A program made the translations under genes and the position numbers. A stretch of 64,000 bases of DNA from Candidatus Peribacter sp. Its GTDB lineage: Bacteria; Patescibacteriota; Gracilibacteria; Peribacterales; Peribacteraceae. Below the pieces are notes generated by a model. That model ran no database searches. It worked only from the letters and a program-made list of their open reading frames with translations, and had not been told where the DNA came from. Below, piece by piece: positions 50,563-61,680 of the stretch. The stretch lies in contig JABIBA010000013.1 in assembly GCA_018652955.1 (NCBI GenBank), forward strand, positions 55,880-119,879, given 5' to 3'. Numbering within the stretch: the stretch's first letter is position 1; each line of letters opens with the position of its first letter.

Positions 50563-51498
50563 TTAAGATTTAGGATGGGGATCTTTGGGGACACCACTAA
50601 TAGTAAGGCTATCAATGCCGTCACGTTCTAGCTGCTCGTACCACGGTAGAATATTTGGAACAAAGAAGAATGAGACGATATCACGGAATGCTTTTCGTGG
50701 AGCAACTGCACGGTGGAAGAAGTTTTGATCTAAGATTGTTGCATCTCCAGCATTAGCGTCGTTATGGAATGGTCGGTATGGAAGCTTGTGTTCTTTTGCA
50801 AAGTCTTGCAGGTCTGCGTAGCGTTCATCAAGTTGCTGTCCAAAGTATCCTGCATCGCGGTACGCCATTGTATCTTCGCGGTTCATGAGTTGTGTTGCAC
50901 CGGTATCTTCCATCGCCTCTGTAAGATGCAGAAATAATTTGCAGGTGTGTGGTGGAAAAGAATCCGAATGCCAGAACCATGAGCCGGCAATAGCTTCAGA
51001 TGGAACAGAGCGGTAACACGTTGCCCATTCGATACGATAGTTACTCTGAAAGAAATTCAGCAATGCCGCATTAACAGCAGGTGTGTGCAGTACGTCGAGC
51101 AAGTCTTCACCTAAAGTAATAAGCGGCTGCTTGATACCAATAGAAAGACCACTTGCATCTTTATAGTCTACGGATGGATCTTTTTGTTCAATGAGCGCAG
51201 AAATCTTATCCACATGTGCTTTTGCTCTTTGCGCTGGGAATGCATTTTGTACAAGTGTTCCACCATCTACGATGAGAGGTGATATATCGAAGTTTTGTTC
51301 CCCATTTAGGTCTTTGTAGTGCTTTTTACATTCAGCAGCGTAGCGTACGTAGGTTCTATTAATTCGTGGTGGGAGCGTATTATTGTATTTTCTGTAATAG
51401 TGCCGAGAACGCTGTATGTGCTTGAGAACTGAATCTGCCACTGTATGAAGTACCTTCATCATGGACTGCAGTCTATGGTTCACCTCAATAGTGTGCAA
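50563..51498 (-). CDS. PhyH-like Fe(II)/2-oxoglutarate dioxygenase
   Basis: WHSD (HxD), KLFLHLT, GAT and AGDATI-D---HR facial-triad pattern. Start may be ATG near 51462. Confidence 0.7.
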   Translation of the reverse strand: MHTIEVNHRLQSMMKVLHTVADSVLKHIQRSRHYYRKYNNTLPPRINRTYVRYAAECKKHYKDLNGEQNFDISPLIVDGGTLVQNAFPAQRAKAHVDKISALIEQKDPSVDYKDASGLSIGIKQPLITLGEDLLDVLHTPAVNAALLNFFQSNYRIEWATCYRSVPSEAIAGSWFWHSDSFPPHTCKLFLHLTEAMEDTGATQLMNREDTMAYRDAGYFGQQLDERYADLQDFAKEHKLPYRPFHNDANAGDATILDQNFFHRAVAPRKAFRDIVSFFFVPNILPWYEQLERDGIDSLTISGVPKDPHPKS

Positions 51499-51560
51499 GC
51501 AACTTGGGTATCTTCGTATACCTTTTCCTTGCTCCTTAGGAGGACATTCATTAGCCTTAT

Positions 51561-53384
51561 TTGGCTATTCTTATGGAAGAAATACCTCAAACATCGATAG
51601 GTCAGTTAAAGTTTCTTCTTCGGAAGATCCATTTTAAGCCGTGGTATATCGCAGTTCCTATTACTTTTGGCCTATTTGCTGCTGCATTTGAGGGTGTGGG
51701 TATGGGTTTGCTTATTCCTATACTTACTGGATTTCTGGATCAGAATTTTACATTCCTTCTAGAGACACCTGTACTTGGTAGTATCGTTAAGAAATTACCT
51801 GAGTCTATTCTTACGAATGACCGTCTCTTATTTCTGATATTGTTTTCTGCATTTATGACGGCGTACATTCTCCGGAGTAGCTTGCGATTTTTGTCGGTGT
51901 TTTCTATGGCGCATTTTTCCGAGCGTCTTGTACACCATCTACGTAAGTCTCTTTTTGTGCGATATCTGACTTTTGGAAAACTCTTCTTTGATACGACAAA
52001 TGTTGGGCATCATAGCGCAGTGTTTATGGAGTTTGCTCGCAAGTCTCTTCAGCCGCTCATTAGCTTAGACAAGTTTCTTAATGCACTGTTCGCACTCGTT
52101 GCATACCTTGTTGTAATGGTTACTATTTCGTGGAGACTCACTCTTATTGCTCTGCCACTCTTTTTGATGTTGCACCTTGTAGTGAAGTTTTTGGTTGTTC
52201 GTTTGCGCAAGCTCTCGCACGCAACTTCTTTGCGTGGTTCAGAACTCAACAGAAAATCGATTGAGATTCTTTCGACAATACCACTAGTCAAAGCGAATCG
52301 AACAGAGCGAGAGGAAATGGAGCGCTTTAAAGAGATTAGTGACCAGAAAGCACAATTAGATTTTCGTGGTAGCGTGTTTCTGTATGTGGTTCAGCCTATT
52401 CAAGAAATTGTTACGCTCATCGTAGCGTCGGCAATTTTCTTTGGTGCCATTTATGTTCTTGGACGAGATCAAATTGCGTCTGCCCCTGCAATCATTGTGT
52501 ATTTCTATACAGTGATTAATGCAACGAGTAAGTTTGGTACGGTGTCTGGGTACCGCGGTATTATTGCGCATGCAGCAGGTCAGTTGGAGGCTGTGGTGGA
52601 AGTGTTTAATGATGAGGGAAAGTTTTTCGTTAAAGATGGTACTGAAGAGCTTAAAGAAATAACAACGGGTATTGAATGTAAAGATCTTACCTTTTCTTAC
52701 ACCGATCGTTCTGTATTGGAACATGTGTCGTTTGAGATTGAAAAGGGAAAAATGACGGCCATTGTAGGACCTTCCGGAGCAGGTAAAAGTACTATCATTA
52801 ATTTGCTGATGCGGTTTTATGATTGCCCTCCTGGGACACTCTTTATCGATGGAAAAGATATTCGATCGTATACACTTGATTCCTATCTTGAACATGTCGG
52901 TATCGTAAGTCAGGAAACGTTACTGCTTCATGACACTCTTCGTCATAATATTCTATATGGATTGAGTGACGTCTCAGAAGATCAACTTCAAGATGCTCTA
53001 AAACGGTCTCAGCTTTCTGGGTTTATCGAGAAGCTTCCAGATGGATTGAATACTATAATTGGCGATAGAGGAGTAAAGCTTTCTGGCGGAGAGAAGCAGC
53101 GAATCTCCATTGCTCGTGCGCTTCTAAAAGGCCCAGAGATCCTTATTCTTGATGAAGCTACGAGCTCACTCGATAGCCAGACTGAGAAGCAGATCCAGGC
53201 AGCTATTGATGAGGCAGTCTCTGGTCGTACCGCTATTGTCATAGCCCACCGCCTATCGACGATTAAGCATGCAGATAAGATAATTACGATGAAAGACGGT
53301 CAATTGGCCGAAGAAGGCACTTTAGATGAGCTATTGGAGAAGAAAGGCGTATTCTACGGTCTCTGGCAGGAGCAGAAATTCTAG
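51561..53384 (+). CDS. ABC transporter permease/ATPase (MsbA/PglK-like glycan flippase)
   Basis: TM domain, then GPSGAGKST, LSGGEKQR, ILDEATSSLD and IAHRLST. Start may be ATG 51573. Confidence 0.92.
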   Translation: MAILMEEIPQTSIGQLKFLLRKIHFKPWYIAVPITFGLFAAAFEGVGMGLLIPILTGFLDQNFTFLLETPVLGSIVKKLPESILTNDRLLFLILFSAFMTAYILRSSLRFLSVFSMAHFSERLVHHLRKSLFVRYLTFGKLFFDTTNVGHHSAVFMEFARKSLQPLISLDKFLNALFALVAYLVVMVTISWRLTLIALPLFLMLHLVVKFLVVRLRKLSHATSLRGSELNRKSIEILSTIPLVKANRTEREEMERFKEISDQKAQLDFRGSVFLYVVQPIQEIVTLIVASAIFFGAIYVLGRDQIASAPAIIVYFYTVINATSKFGTVSGYRGIIAHAAGQLEAVVEVFNDEGKFFVKDGTEELKEITTGIECKDLTFSYTDRSVLEHVSFEIEKGKMTAIVGPSGAGKSTIINLLMRFYDCPPGTLFIDGKDIRSYTLDSYLEHVGIVSQETLLLHDTLRHNILYGLSDVSEDQLQDALKRSQLSGFIEKLPDGLNTIIGDRGVKLSGGEKQRISIARALLKGPEILILDEATSSLDSQTEKQIQAAIDEAVSGRTAIVIAHRLSTIKHADKIITMKDGQLAEEGTLDELLEKKGVFYGLWQEQKF

Positions 53385-53429
53385 TCTTTTCTAGCTGTAG
53401 GACCTAAATAGAGCTAGTATTCGGCCGTT

Positions 53430-54131
53430 ATGGGAGTACTTGCAATTATCCCTGCTAGGGCAGGTTCGAAAACTATTCGGCATAAGAATATTCAGCTCGT
53501 AGGCGGAAAACCGCTTATCGTGCATTCTATCGAACACGGGCTTAAGAGCGGTTTAATCGATCGCGTGATCGTAAGTACCGACAGCGAAGAGTATGCAGAA
53601 CTTGCAAGGGCTGCAGGTGCTGAAGTTCCGTTTATGCGACCAGAGGAACTTGCAGGAGACCTCTCTACTGATCTTGAAACATTTAAACATGCATTGGAGT
53701 GGCTAAAAGAGCATGAAGACTATCACCCAGAGATTTGTGTAAACCTTCGCCCAACATTTCCATTACGAAAAATAGAAGACGTTGATGCTGTTGTTGCACT
53801 TCTGAAAGATCAGGAGAATCTTGATAGTGTTCGCAGCGTAGTTCCTGCATTGCACACGCCATACAAAATGTGGTTTACCGATGCGGATGGTACATTAAAG
53901 CCGATCATAGAACATGACATTGATGATGCACATAACCTGCCGCGTCAGGCCTTACCGAAGACCTATTTACAGAACGCTTGTATCGATGCAGTGCGCTCAT
54001 CAGTAATTCTTGAAAAAGATTCGATGTCGGGTGATACAATCTATGGGTATCACATGGAAGATTTCTTTGATATTGATACACCAGAAGACCTTAAGCGTGC
54101 GAACGAAGCACTTTCCCTTCTCCTAAAATGA
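53430..54131 (+). CDS. neuA: Acylneuraminate cytidylyltransferase family protein
   Basis: IIPARAGSK-I--KN, VSTDS, AEVPFMRP, LRPT-PLR, RQ-LP and DIDTPED motifs. Confidence 0.9.
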   Translation: MGVLAIIPARAGSKTIRHKNIQLVGGKPLIVHSIEHGLKSGLIDRVIVSTDSEEYAELARAAGAEVPFMRPEELAGDLSTDLETFKHALEWLKEHEDYHPEICVNLRPTFPLRKIEDVDAVVALLKDQENLDSVRSVVPALHTPYKMWFTDADGTLKPIIEHDIDDAHNLPRQALPKTYLQNACIDAVRSSVILEKDSMSGDTIYGYHMEDFFDIDTPEDLKRANEALSLLLK

Positions 54132-55630
54132 ACAATCCATTATTCAATAAATTATTTGTATGTGATGTGGCGAACAACCACCAAGGTAGTGTCGATCATG
54201 GTCGTAAGATTATTGATGGAATGGCGAAGGTTGCAAAAGAAAACGATGTTCGCATTGGACTGAAGTTTCAGTTTCGTGAACTGGATAGTTTTATCCACCC
54301 TCAGTTTAAGGACAACAAAGACGTAAAACATATCGATCGATTTTTAAGTACACGTCTGAGTGCAGAAGAGTTTAACGGGATGGTGGAGTACGCAGCTGCA
54401 CAAGGCTTAACAACTATTGCAACTCCTTTCGATGAAGCATCTGTACAACAGTGTCTTGATTGCAATGTCGACATTATTAAAATTGCAAGTTGCAGCGCTC
54501 TCGATTGGCCATTACTTGAAGCAGTCGCGAATGCAGGTAAGCCAGTGATCATCTCTTCTGGTGGACTAGTCTTTGCAGAGATTGATAAGATCGTAAGCTT
54601 CTTAGAGCACAAGAATGTGGACTTTGCTCTTATGCATTGTGTAAGTGTGTACCCAACACCAAATACATTGGTGCACATGGAAACAGTACGTCGATTTAAA
54701 AATAGATACCCAACTATTCCTGTTGGATACAGTGGGCATGAGTCGCCAGAAAATAATGAGGTAGCTGTTGTTGCCATCTCTAAAGGTGCTCAGCTTATAG
54801 AGCGACATGTTGGGGTAGAGACAGAGGACATCAAGCTGAACGCGTACTCTATGACACAAGAGCAAACTGATGCATGGGTGAAGGCAGGGCTTCGTGCATG
54901 GGAGATTGCAGGAAATGACGAAAAGCAGGTTTCTGATGAGGAAAAGGCCTCTCTTGTTACCTTGATGCGTGGTACGTATGCTTCAAAGCCGATTAAAAAA
55001 GGCGATGTGGTAACTCCTGATGATGTGTACTTTGCGATGCCCCTACAAGACGGACAGCTTTGTAGTGGGGACTTTGGAAGCTATCGCAGTGTCTATACTG
55101 CGACACGTGACTACGCTCCTGACGAGCCAGTTGTAGAAACCTCTTCTCCTGACCCTATTCACTCTGTGCGTAATGCGATTCACAAGGCGAAGGGAATGCT
55201 GAATGAAGCGAGTGTGTGTATTGGTAATGAATGTAGTATTGAACTTTCTCACCACTATGGTCTCGATCGTTTCGAAGAAGTTGGAGCTACTATCATTAAT
55301 AGTATCAACCGTGAGTACTGCAAAAAGTTTATCGTAGTATTCGCTGGGCAAAAGCATCCACCACACAAGCACGAGAAGAAAGAAGAAACCTTCGAGGTTC
55401 TATGGGGAGACCTAGAGGTACATTTGGACGATGAAGTTCTCTTCTTAAAACCTGGGGACAGCGTCTTAGTAAAACGAAACACATGGCACAGTTTTTCTTC
55501 TGTAAATGGTGCAATCTTCGAAGAGATTTCTACAACACACTACCGTGATGATTCACACTACGAAGATGAGAACATCAGCAAAATGGATCCGATGGAACGT
55601 AAAACTCTTATCGATCCGTGGAACGGTTAA
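54128..55630 (+). CDS. NeuB-family synthase + SAF domain + C-terminal cupin (D-lyxose-isomerase-like) fusion
   Basis: ANNHQG, KFQFR, KIASCS, GYSGHE and ERHVG, then YCKK...HPPHKHEKKEETF...WHSF...EEIST cupin. Confidence 0.85.
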   Translation: MNNPLFNKLFVCDVANNHQGSVDHGRKIIDGMAKVAKENDVRIGLKFQFRELDSFIHPQFKDNKDVKHIDRFLSTRLSAEEFNGMVEYAAAQGLTTIATPFDEASVQQCLDCNVDIIKIASCSALDWPLLEAVANAGKPVIISSGGLVFAEIDKIVSFLEHKNVDFALMHCVSVYPTPNTLVHMETVRRFKNRYPTIPVGYSGHESPENNEVAVVAISKGAQLIERHVGVETEDIKLNAYSMTQEQTDAWVKAGLRAWEIAGNDEKQVSDEEKASLVTLMRGTYASKPIKKGDVVTPDDVYFAMPLQDGQLCSGDFGSYRSVYTATRDYAPDEPVVETSSPDPIHSVRNAIHKAKGMLNEASVCIGNECSIELSHHYGLDRFEEVGATIINSINREYCKKFIVVFAGQKHPPHKHEKKEETFEVLWGDLEVHLDDEVLFLKPGDSVLVKRNTWHSFSSVNGAIFEEISTTHYRDDSHYEDENISKMDPMERKTLIDPWNG

Positions 55631-56415
55631 GCAAGCTTGAAGTGATATACACCGACTGCGCCTTCTTGCTTTGCGTCTCCCATAAACGGGACACTGTAGT
55701 TTTCGAGCCACGATAGTAATTCGTCGATGCGCTCTTGCGGGATTTTCCAACCTGCATCGCGTGCAACATTGGGCAGACGCCTTTTAAAGTCTTCGACCAT
55801 CTTCATTCCACCTCCCCATTCGCGGTCTACTGTAGACCATTCTAAATTCATGCTGAGTTCTTTTGCCCATTCTTCAAAGTTAAGTGGTGTTAGGTAGTGC
55901 AAGTCTGCCAGTGTGATTGGTGCACGGAACAAGTGCCACAGTGTTTGCAGTATGTATCCTCTTGGGTTTAACCAGTTTGGACTCGTCATAATAAGTGAAC
56001 CTCCTGGGTTTAGTTTTTCTTTCCAAGCCTTCAACGTTCCTAGTGGGTCATCCATATGTTCAAGAGTTCCGTTTGAAATAATGACATCAAAAGTTTGTTC
56101 AATCTCATCAACATTAATACAGGCGTACTTGAGGTTCGGTGCTTCATATTTCTTTTGCGCTTCTTCAATGGCACTTTCTGCAAAATCTACTCCGAGTACA
56201 GATTTCGCTCCTGCATCGGAGATCAAAGCGCACATATCTCCGGTACCGCATCCTGCGTCCATGACATCTTTGTCTTCCCATGACATTAGGGCAAATACAG
56301 CAGAAAATTCATCAGGCATATCACCCTTTTGGAGACGAAAGTACGTGTAGTGCTCTTTCTCTCCTTTCTTGTATACACCGTCGTAGAATGCTTTCAGATC
56401 TGTATTCTTTTTCAT
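55627..56415 (-). CDS. Class I SAM methyltransferase
   Basis: VMDAGCGTG, GVDF, GTLEH and LNPGG motifs. Confidence 0.9.
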   Translation of the reverse strand: MKKNTDLKAFYDGVYKKGEKEHYTYFRLQKGDMPDEFSAVFALMSWEDKDVMDAGCGTGDMCALISDAGAKSVLGVDFAESAIEEAQKKYEAPNLKYACINVDEIEQTFDVIISNGTLEHMDDPLGTLKAWKEKLNPGGSLIMTSPNWLNPRGYILQTLWHLFRAPITLADLHYLTPLNFEEWAKELSMNLEWSTVDREWGGGMKMVEDFKRRLPNVARDAGWKIPQERIDELLSWLENYSVPFMGDAKQEGAVGVYHFKLA

Positions 56416-56494
56416 GAGCCAGATCCTATCACACCTATTTTGCGTTTTCCTGTAAATACTTGCTTCTTTACGGTATTTACCTCAATACTGGGGC

Positions 56495-57973
56495 GTGCCT
56501 AAGCCTATACGCGCCATCATTTCACACTTCTCGTTCGATTTCTCCTATGCAGCTATCGAGGCTGTTATGAAGGAACGTTCGTTTGAGCATTGTGCAATCA
56601 TCTCTACTCCAGAGGTTCCTCGGCATTTCAGTGGCCTACCTCAGGAGAACCAAGAGTGGTTTAACTCTAGTGATATTCGTGGGTGTGATTACGGTACTGT
56701 GCAGTGGGATACGTTGCTACCTCTCGACGAAGAACTTATCTATGCGATGTATCATTGCGAGGCACTGTTTATGGAAACGGTTTGTCGGCAAGAATGGAAA
56801 TATGAAATTACGTATACACAGCGAAAGCAGTGGTACCTCAAGCAGTTGCGATTTTGGAATGATTACATTCAGAAGCACAGTATTAATTTGTATCTTGCTG
56901 CGTGGCTTCCACATGAAGTTCCTGATGTGGTGATTTACCACCTCTGTAAATATTATGACGTGCCGATTGTGTATTTTCATATGGCGATAGAGCAGGACAC
57001 TGGGTTTATTGAGAGCGACATAGAAGAGTCTGCAGTACAGATACAGAAGCGTTTTATAGAGTTGCAAAAAGAGTACGTACAAGAACAAAATCCTCTAGCC
57101 ATTGAGTTAAACGAACAGTTTGCTGCGCGGTACGAAAACCTTACGGCGCTCGAAGCGCAAAAACCAATCCTCGAAAGCCTAAAACGTAAAACATACTTCG
57201 GAAACGTACTGGAGATGTTTCTGAAAAAACCTGTGCACGTTGTTAAATGCATTGGGTTGTTTTGTACTCCTTACGGGGTAACGCGCTTACAGAGAACATG
57301 GAAACGTCGTCGTATAATAAGAGAGCGTAATGCGTATTACACTAAATATGCTGTGCATCCAGATCTCTCACAGCCTTACGTATATGTTGCACTTCACTTT
57401 CAGCCAGAAGCATCTACTACTCCGATGGGTGGTGTGTTTGCTAATCAACTTCTTCTTGTGCAGATGCTTGATGCGCATCTACCCGAAGGTGTGTTTATTT
57501 ATGTCAAAGAACATCCGAAGGAGAGTTCATGGCTTAGTAGGAGTATCGAAGAGTACGAAAGTCTTGTGTCGATTCCTCGTGTGCGTCTCGTTGCCCGTGA
57601 GGTGGATACTTTTGCTCTGCGCGAACACTGCACAGCAGTGGGTACTGCTACGGGCTCTGTGGGGTACGAGGCTCTCTTTCGCAGTAAGCCAGTCTTTATG
57701 TTTGGTCATCGGTTTTATCAATATGCTAGTGGCGTCTACCGCATTCATATGGACATAGACTTACAAGAAGCAATTCAGGCAGTCTTTGAGCGAGGGGAGA
57801 CACCGACGCTTAAAGATGCGAGGCTCTATCTGAAAGCTATGGAGGATACGCGTGTGCATGGCACTGTAAACCCTTGGGATCGCAAAGTGTCTAAATTAAG
57901 CGACAAAGAGCATGCTAAGGCTTGTAGCATATCTATCCTTGAAAAACTGGCAGAAATAGAGTCTGAGGCTTAG
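56495..57973 (+). CDS. KpsS-like capsule polysaccharide biosynthesis protein
   Basis: [18 protein letters not shown] and [14 protein letters not shown] motifs. Confidence 0.8.
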   Translation: MPKPIRAIISHFSFDFSYAAIEAVMKERSFEHCAIISTPEVPRHFSGLPQENQEWFNSSDIRGCDYGTVQWDTLLPLDEELIYAMYHCEALFMETVCRQEWKYEITYTQRKQWYLKQLRFWNDYIQKHSINLYLAAWLPHEVPDVVIYHLCKYYDVPIVYFHMAIEQDTGFIESDIEESAVQIQKRFIELQKEYVQEQNPLAIELNEQFAARYENLTALEAQKPILESLKRKTYFGNVLEMFLKKPVHVVKCIGLFCTPYGVTRLQRTWKRRRIIRERNAYYTKYAVHPDLSQPYVYVALHFQPEASTTPMGGVFANQLLLVQMLDAHLPEGVFIYVKEHPKESSWLSRSIEEYESLVSIPRVRLVAREVDTFALREHCTAVGTATGSVGYEALFRSKPVFMFGHRFYQYASGVYRIHMDIDLQEAIQAVFERGETPTLKDARLYLKAMEDTRVHGTVNPWDRKVSKLSDKEHAKACSISILEKLAEIESEA

Positions 57974-57986
57974 TATTGGACGTACC

Positions 57987-58892
57987 ATGAAGAATATGTC
58001 GCATATTCGGCAGCTTGAAGCGGAGAGCATCCATATTCTTCGTGAGGTCGTTGCGTCATTTGAAAACCCAGTAATGCTGTATTCGATTGGGAAAGATTCT
58101 TCCGTGCTTTTGCACCTTGCTCGTAAAGCGTTTCATCCTGGTAAGCCACCGTTCCCTCTATTGCACGTTGATACAACGTTTAAGTTTAAAGAGATGACTG
58201 CGTTTCGTGACTCGTACGTACGTGATGAGCTTGGACTTGATCTTATTGTGCATACAAATGCTGACGGAGTAGAGAAGCAGGTCACGCCGTTTTCTCATGG
58301 AAGTTCTGCTTACACCGACATAATGAAAACAGAAGGGTTACGACAGGCGATGAGCAAGCATGGTTTTGATGCTGCTATTGGTGGGGCGCGTAGAGACGAG
58401 GAAAAATCTCGCAGTAAAGAACGTGTATTTTCTTTTCGCAATGCAGATCAGAGATGGGATCCAAAATCCCAACGACCAGAATTATGGCACTTGTATAACA
58501 CGCGTGTGCGCACTGGAGAAAGTATGCGAGTATTCCCACTAAGTAACTGGACTGAAGTTGATGTATGGCTTTACATTCTCCTAGAGCAAATTCCGATTGT
58601 TCCACTCTACTTTGCTGCTAAGAGACCAGTGGTCGAGCGCGATGGGACACTCATCATGGTTGATGACGAACGGCTGCCGTTGCTTCCTGGAGAAACACCG
58701 AAAGAGAAAATGATTCGGTTCCGTACACTTGGTTGTTATCCGCTAACTGGAGCGAACGAGTCTACTGCGCAAACGGTATCAGAAATTATCGAAGAACTCT
58801 TAAGCTGCCCTAACTCCGAACGTTTCGATCGTCTTATCGATTTTGATCAACCCTCTTCTATGGAAGAAAAAAAGAAGGCAGGATACTTTTAG
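57987..58892 (+). CDS. cysD: Sulfate adenylyltransferase subunit 2
   Basis: [33 protein letters not shown] and [11 protein letters not shown] motifs. Confidence 0.96.
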   Translation: MKNMSHIRQLEAESIHILREVVASFENPVMLYSIGKDSSVLLHLARKAFHPGKPPFPLLHVDTTFKFKEMTAFRDSYVRDELGLDLIVHTNADGVEKQVTPFSHGSSAYTDIMKTEGLRQAMSKHGFDAAIGGARRDEEKSRSKERVFSFRNADQRWDPKSQRPELWHLYNTRVRTGESMRVFPLSNWTEVDVWLYILLEQIPIVPLYFAAKRPVVERDGTLIMVDDERLPLLPGETPKEKMIRFRTLGCYPLTGANESTAQTVSEIIEELLSCPNSERFDRLIDFDQPSSMEEKKKAGYF

Positions 58893-58894
58893 TT

Positions 58895-60715
58895 ATGACT
58901 AATCCGTATGTCATTAACGGCCCAATCCAAAAGTTCTTGCAGCGGCATGAGCGGTGCGATCTTGTGCGTGTGCTTACATGTGGAAGTGTCGATGATGGAA
59001 AAAGCACATTGATCGGAAGACTTCTTCTTGATGCGAGTGTTCTTCCGAAAGATACACTTGCAGCACTCGAAAAAGATTCGAAGCAATACGGCACACAAGA
59101 TGGTGCGTTGGACCCCGCTCTTTTAATAGATGGATTAAAGGCAGAGCGTGAGCAGAAGATTACGATTGATGTTGCACATCGGTTTTTCTCTTCTGAGGAA
59201 CGGACATTTATCGTTGCAGATACTCCAGGACATGAGCAGTACACACGCAATATGGTGACAGCAGCTTCGAATGCAGACATGGTGATTATCCTTCTAGATG
59301 CACGTAATGGAGTACTAGAGCAGTCTCGTCGGCATGCCTTTATTGCCTCATTGCTTGGCATAAAACACGCCATAGTTGCGGTAAATAAGATGGACCTCGT
59401 AGACTTTTCTGAGGACGTTTTTGAGGAGATCAAGAAAGACTTCTTGGTCTTTGCAGAGCGATTGCAGATTACCGATCTGCACTTTGTGCCGTTGTCTGCT
59501 CTTTCTGGAGATAATGTCATGGACCCAAGTACAAACATGCCATGGTACAAAGGGGGAACATTGATGCACCTGCTTAATACGATTCATGTCGTTTCCGATC
59601 GTAACCTCATCGACTTTCGATTTCCTGTGCAGTATGTGTCTCGTCCGTCACCTGACTATCGAGCATTCAGTGGCACAGTGGCCTCTGGGTCTGTGCGACC
59701 AGGTGATGAGGTACTTGTACTCCCTAGTCATAAAACAACGCGTGTACAGTCTATAGATACCTTTGATGGAGAACTCAGTAAGGCGTCCGCACTTTCTGCT
59801 GTCACACTTCGTCTCGAAGATAATATTGATATTAGTAGAGGAGATATGATTGTTCCGGTGCACAATGTTCCAGAACAAAGTCGCCAGTTTGATGCATTTT
59901 TGGTCTGGATGGACGAAGAGTCTTTGCAAGACGATAAAGAATACATCATTAAGCACACGACAAAGATGACGACTGCGCGTATCCGAACGGTGCGGTATGT
60001 CATGGATGTTAATACATTACGCAGAGGTGAAGCGGCACCACTTACAGCAAATGACATCGGACGTTGTGCTCTAACTATTGCAGAGCCTTTGCCCATTGAT
60101 AGTTACGAACGTAACCGCATTACAGGCTCTTTCGTTCTGATTGATCCTGTTTCCCATCAAACCAGCGCCGCTGGAATGATTGTAGATAGAAAAACTGAAG
60201 AAGGATTAGAAGGCGAAGAATCCTCTGCACGTCAGACATCAGATTTTCCTATCCTCTGGCTTACAGGAAATACAGGTTCTGGAAAATCTACCCTTGCGCA
60301 AGCAGCCGAAAGGCACGTCAATCGAAGTGCTCCTTCTTGGAATGCTGCAGCACGAAAACTTGTCGTGCTTGATGGTGACGAGTTGCGTGAAACTATCTCA
60401 CTTGATGAAGACCTTTCTGCAGAAGGGCGCAGAAAACATAACTTGCGCACAGCACGTCTTGCAAAGCTTTTGCAGCAAAAAGGATTCCTTGTTGTCGTAT
60501 CGGTTATTGCACCGTTTGAGTCTTTACGAAAAGAGATAGATGCCATCTGCAAACCTCAGTGGATTTATGTTGAGCGGTCTGGCATCACATCAGAAGACAG
60601 GCCATACGATGTGCCTAGCAACCCAGATTTTACTGTAAATACAGATACGCTAAACGAGCAAGAAGGCACACAGTCGTTTATTGACTATATGGTAGATGTG
60701 CTCGGAAACGATTAG
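58895..60715 (+). CDS. cysNC: Sulfate adenylyltransferase subunit 1 fused to an APS-kinase-like domain
   Basis: CGSVDDGKSTLIGRLL, DTPGHEQYTRNM and VNKMD; C-terminal WLTGNTGSGKST and LDGDELR. Confidence 0.93.
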   Translation: MTNPYVINGPIQKFLQRHERCDLVRVLTCGSVDDGKSTLIGRLLLDASVLPKDTLAALEKDSKQYGTQDGALDPALLIDGLKAEREQKITIDVAHRFFSSEERTFIVADTPGHEQYTRNMVTAASNADMVIILLDARNGVLEQSRRHAFIASLLGIKHAIVAVNKMDLVDFSEDVFEEIKKDFLVFAERLQITDLHFVPLSALSGDNVMDPSTNMPWYKGGTLMHLLNTIHVVSDRNLIDFRFPVQYVSRPSPDYRAFSGTVASGSVRPGDEVLVLPSHKTTRVQSIDTFDGELSKASALSAVTLRLEDNIDISRGDMIVPVHNVPEQSRQFDAFLVWMDEESLQDDKEYIIKHTTKMTTARIRTVRYVMDVNTLRRGEAAPLTANDIGRCALTIAEPLPIDSYERNRITGSFVLIDPVSHQTSAAGMIVDRKTEEGLEGEESSARQTSDFPILWLTGNTGSGKSTLAQAAERHVNRSAPSWNAAARKLVVLDGDELRETISLDEDLSAEGRRKHNLRTARLAKLLQQKGFLVVVSVIAPFESLRKEIDAICKPQWIYVERSGITSEDRPYDVPSNPDFTVNTDTLNEQEGTQSFIDYMVDVLGND

Positions 60716-61680
60716 AAATAGGTCCCAGGACAGAGAGTCTCAAGCTGCAGGTTGTGCTCATTGTTTAGCAGTGTATTAGATTCTTTAAAGTAGGCATGGA
60801 GATCTTTTCGGAGTTGCTCGTCATGTACTTTTTTGTTTCCTAGTAGCGCAAAAGAGAGCTTCGATTGCAACATGTTGCGTACAAGAGAGACATCCAGTTT
60901 TCCAATACCAGGTACACGAATATTTGGAATAAGTGGGCTCTCGTTAAATGCAGAACGTACAAATCGATTTAAGAATCTTGCGGTTGCAATTTGCCTGCTG
61001 CCGTATCCTTTGTTTTGGTGACGGTCATCAAATTGCATATCTTCTGTGCCCATCCAATTCGTAATTTTTTGCACAAAAGCATGATTATCTTTTTTGAGTA
61101 ATTCAAACGGAAGAACTAATACATTCTCTTTACCAAAACATTCTGCGTAATAGCCTATTGCCGGTTTGTAATCTAGTTGATGAATACTGATACCGGATAA
61201 CCATCTCTTTGTTAGAGTTTCAAAAGATCCATCGTCGTAGCGAAGGAAATTGCGCAGGGGCTTTCTTCCGCCTAGGTGAACGTATTGTTTGTACAAAGAG
61301 ATCGCGAGATCATATTGATTACGTACAACGAATAACACTTTAGCCTTTGGAAATACTGTTGATAGGCGAGTGGCAATTACTTTTCCATTAACAAAATGAT
61401 CGAGAGATGCGTCACCACCAATAAATGCTTCGTGGGAGATGATGTTTTTCCCTGGGTGGCATGCTGCAGTTATTTCTTTTGACGTTTGTGCTTCACGGAA
61501 GTGGTATGCATCTGAATACATGATATCGCAGAATGCATCAGGGCAACTGTTGTAATTTACATAGTGCATGTCTTTGATATGTGGAAACACCTCTTTCTGT
61601 AGAAAGGTAGAACCTGTCTTTAGGTATCCCACATGAAGAAAGATTTCGTTGTTCATTGCTGTAGTATTGCTGTGGGTCAT
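60712..61680 (-). CDS. Sulfotransferase
   Basis: LHVGYLKTGSTFLQ (5'-PSB), ISHEA and VVRNQ----ISLY (3'-PB) motifs. Confidence 0.85.
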   Translation of the reverse strand: MTHSNTTAMNNEIFLHVGYLKTGSTFLQKEVFPHIKDMHYVNYNSCPDAFCDIMYSDAYHFREAQTSKEITAACHPGKNIISHEAFIGGDASLDHFVNGKVIATRLSTVFPKAKVLFVVRNQYDLAISLYKQYVHLGGRKPLRNFLRYDDGSFETLTKRWLSGISIHQLDYKPAIGYYAECFGKENVLVLPFELLKKDNHAFVQKITNWMGTEDMQFDDRHQNKGYGSRQIATARFLNRFVRSAFNESPLIPNIRVPGIGKLDVSLVRNMLQSKLSFALLGNKKVHDEQLRKDLHAYFKESNTLLNNEHNLQLETLCPGTYF

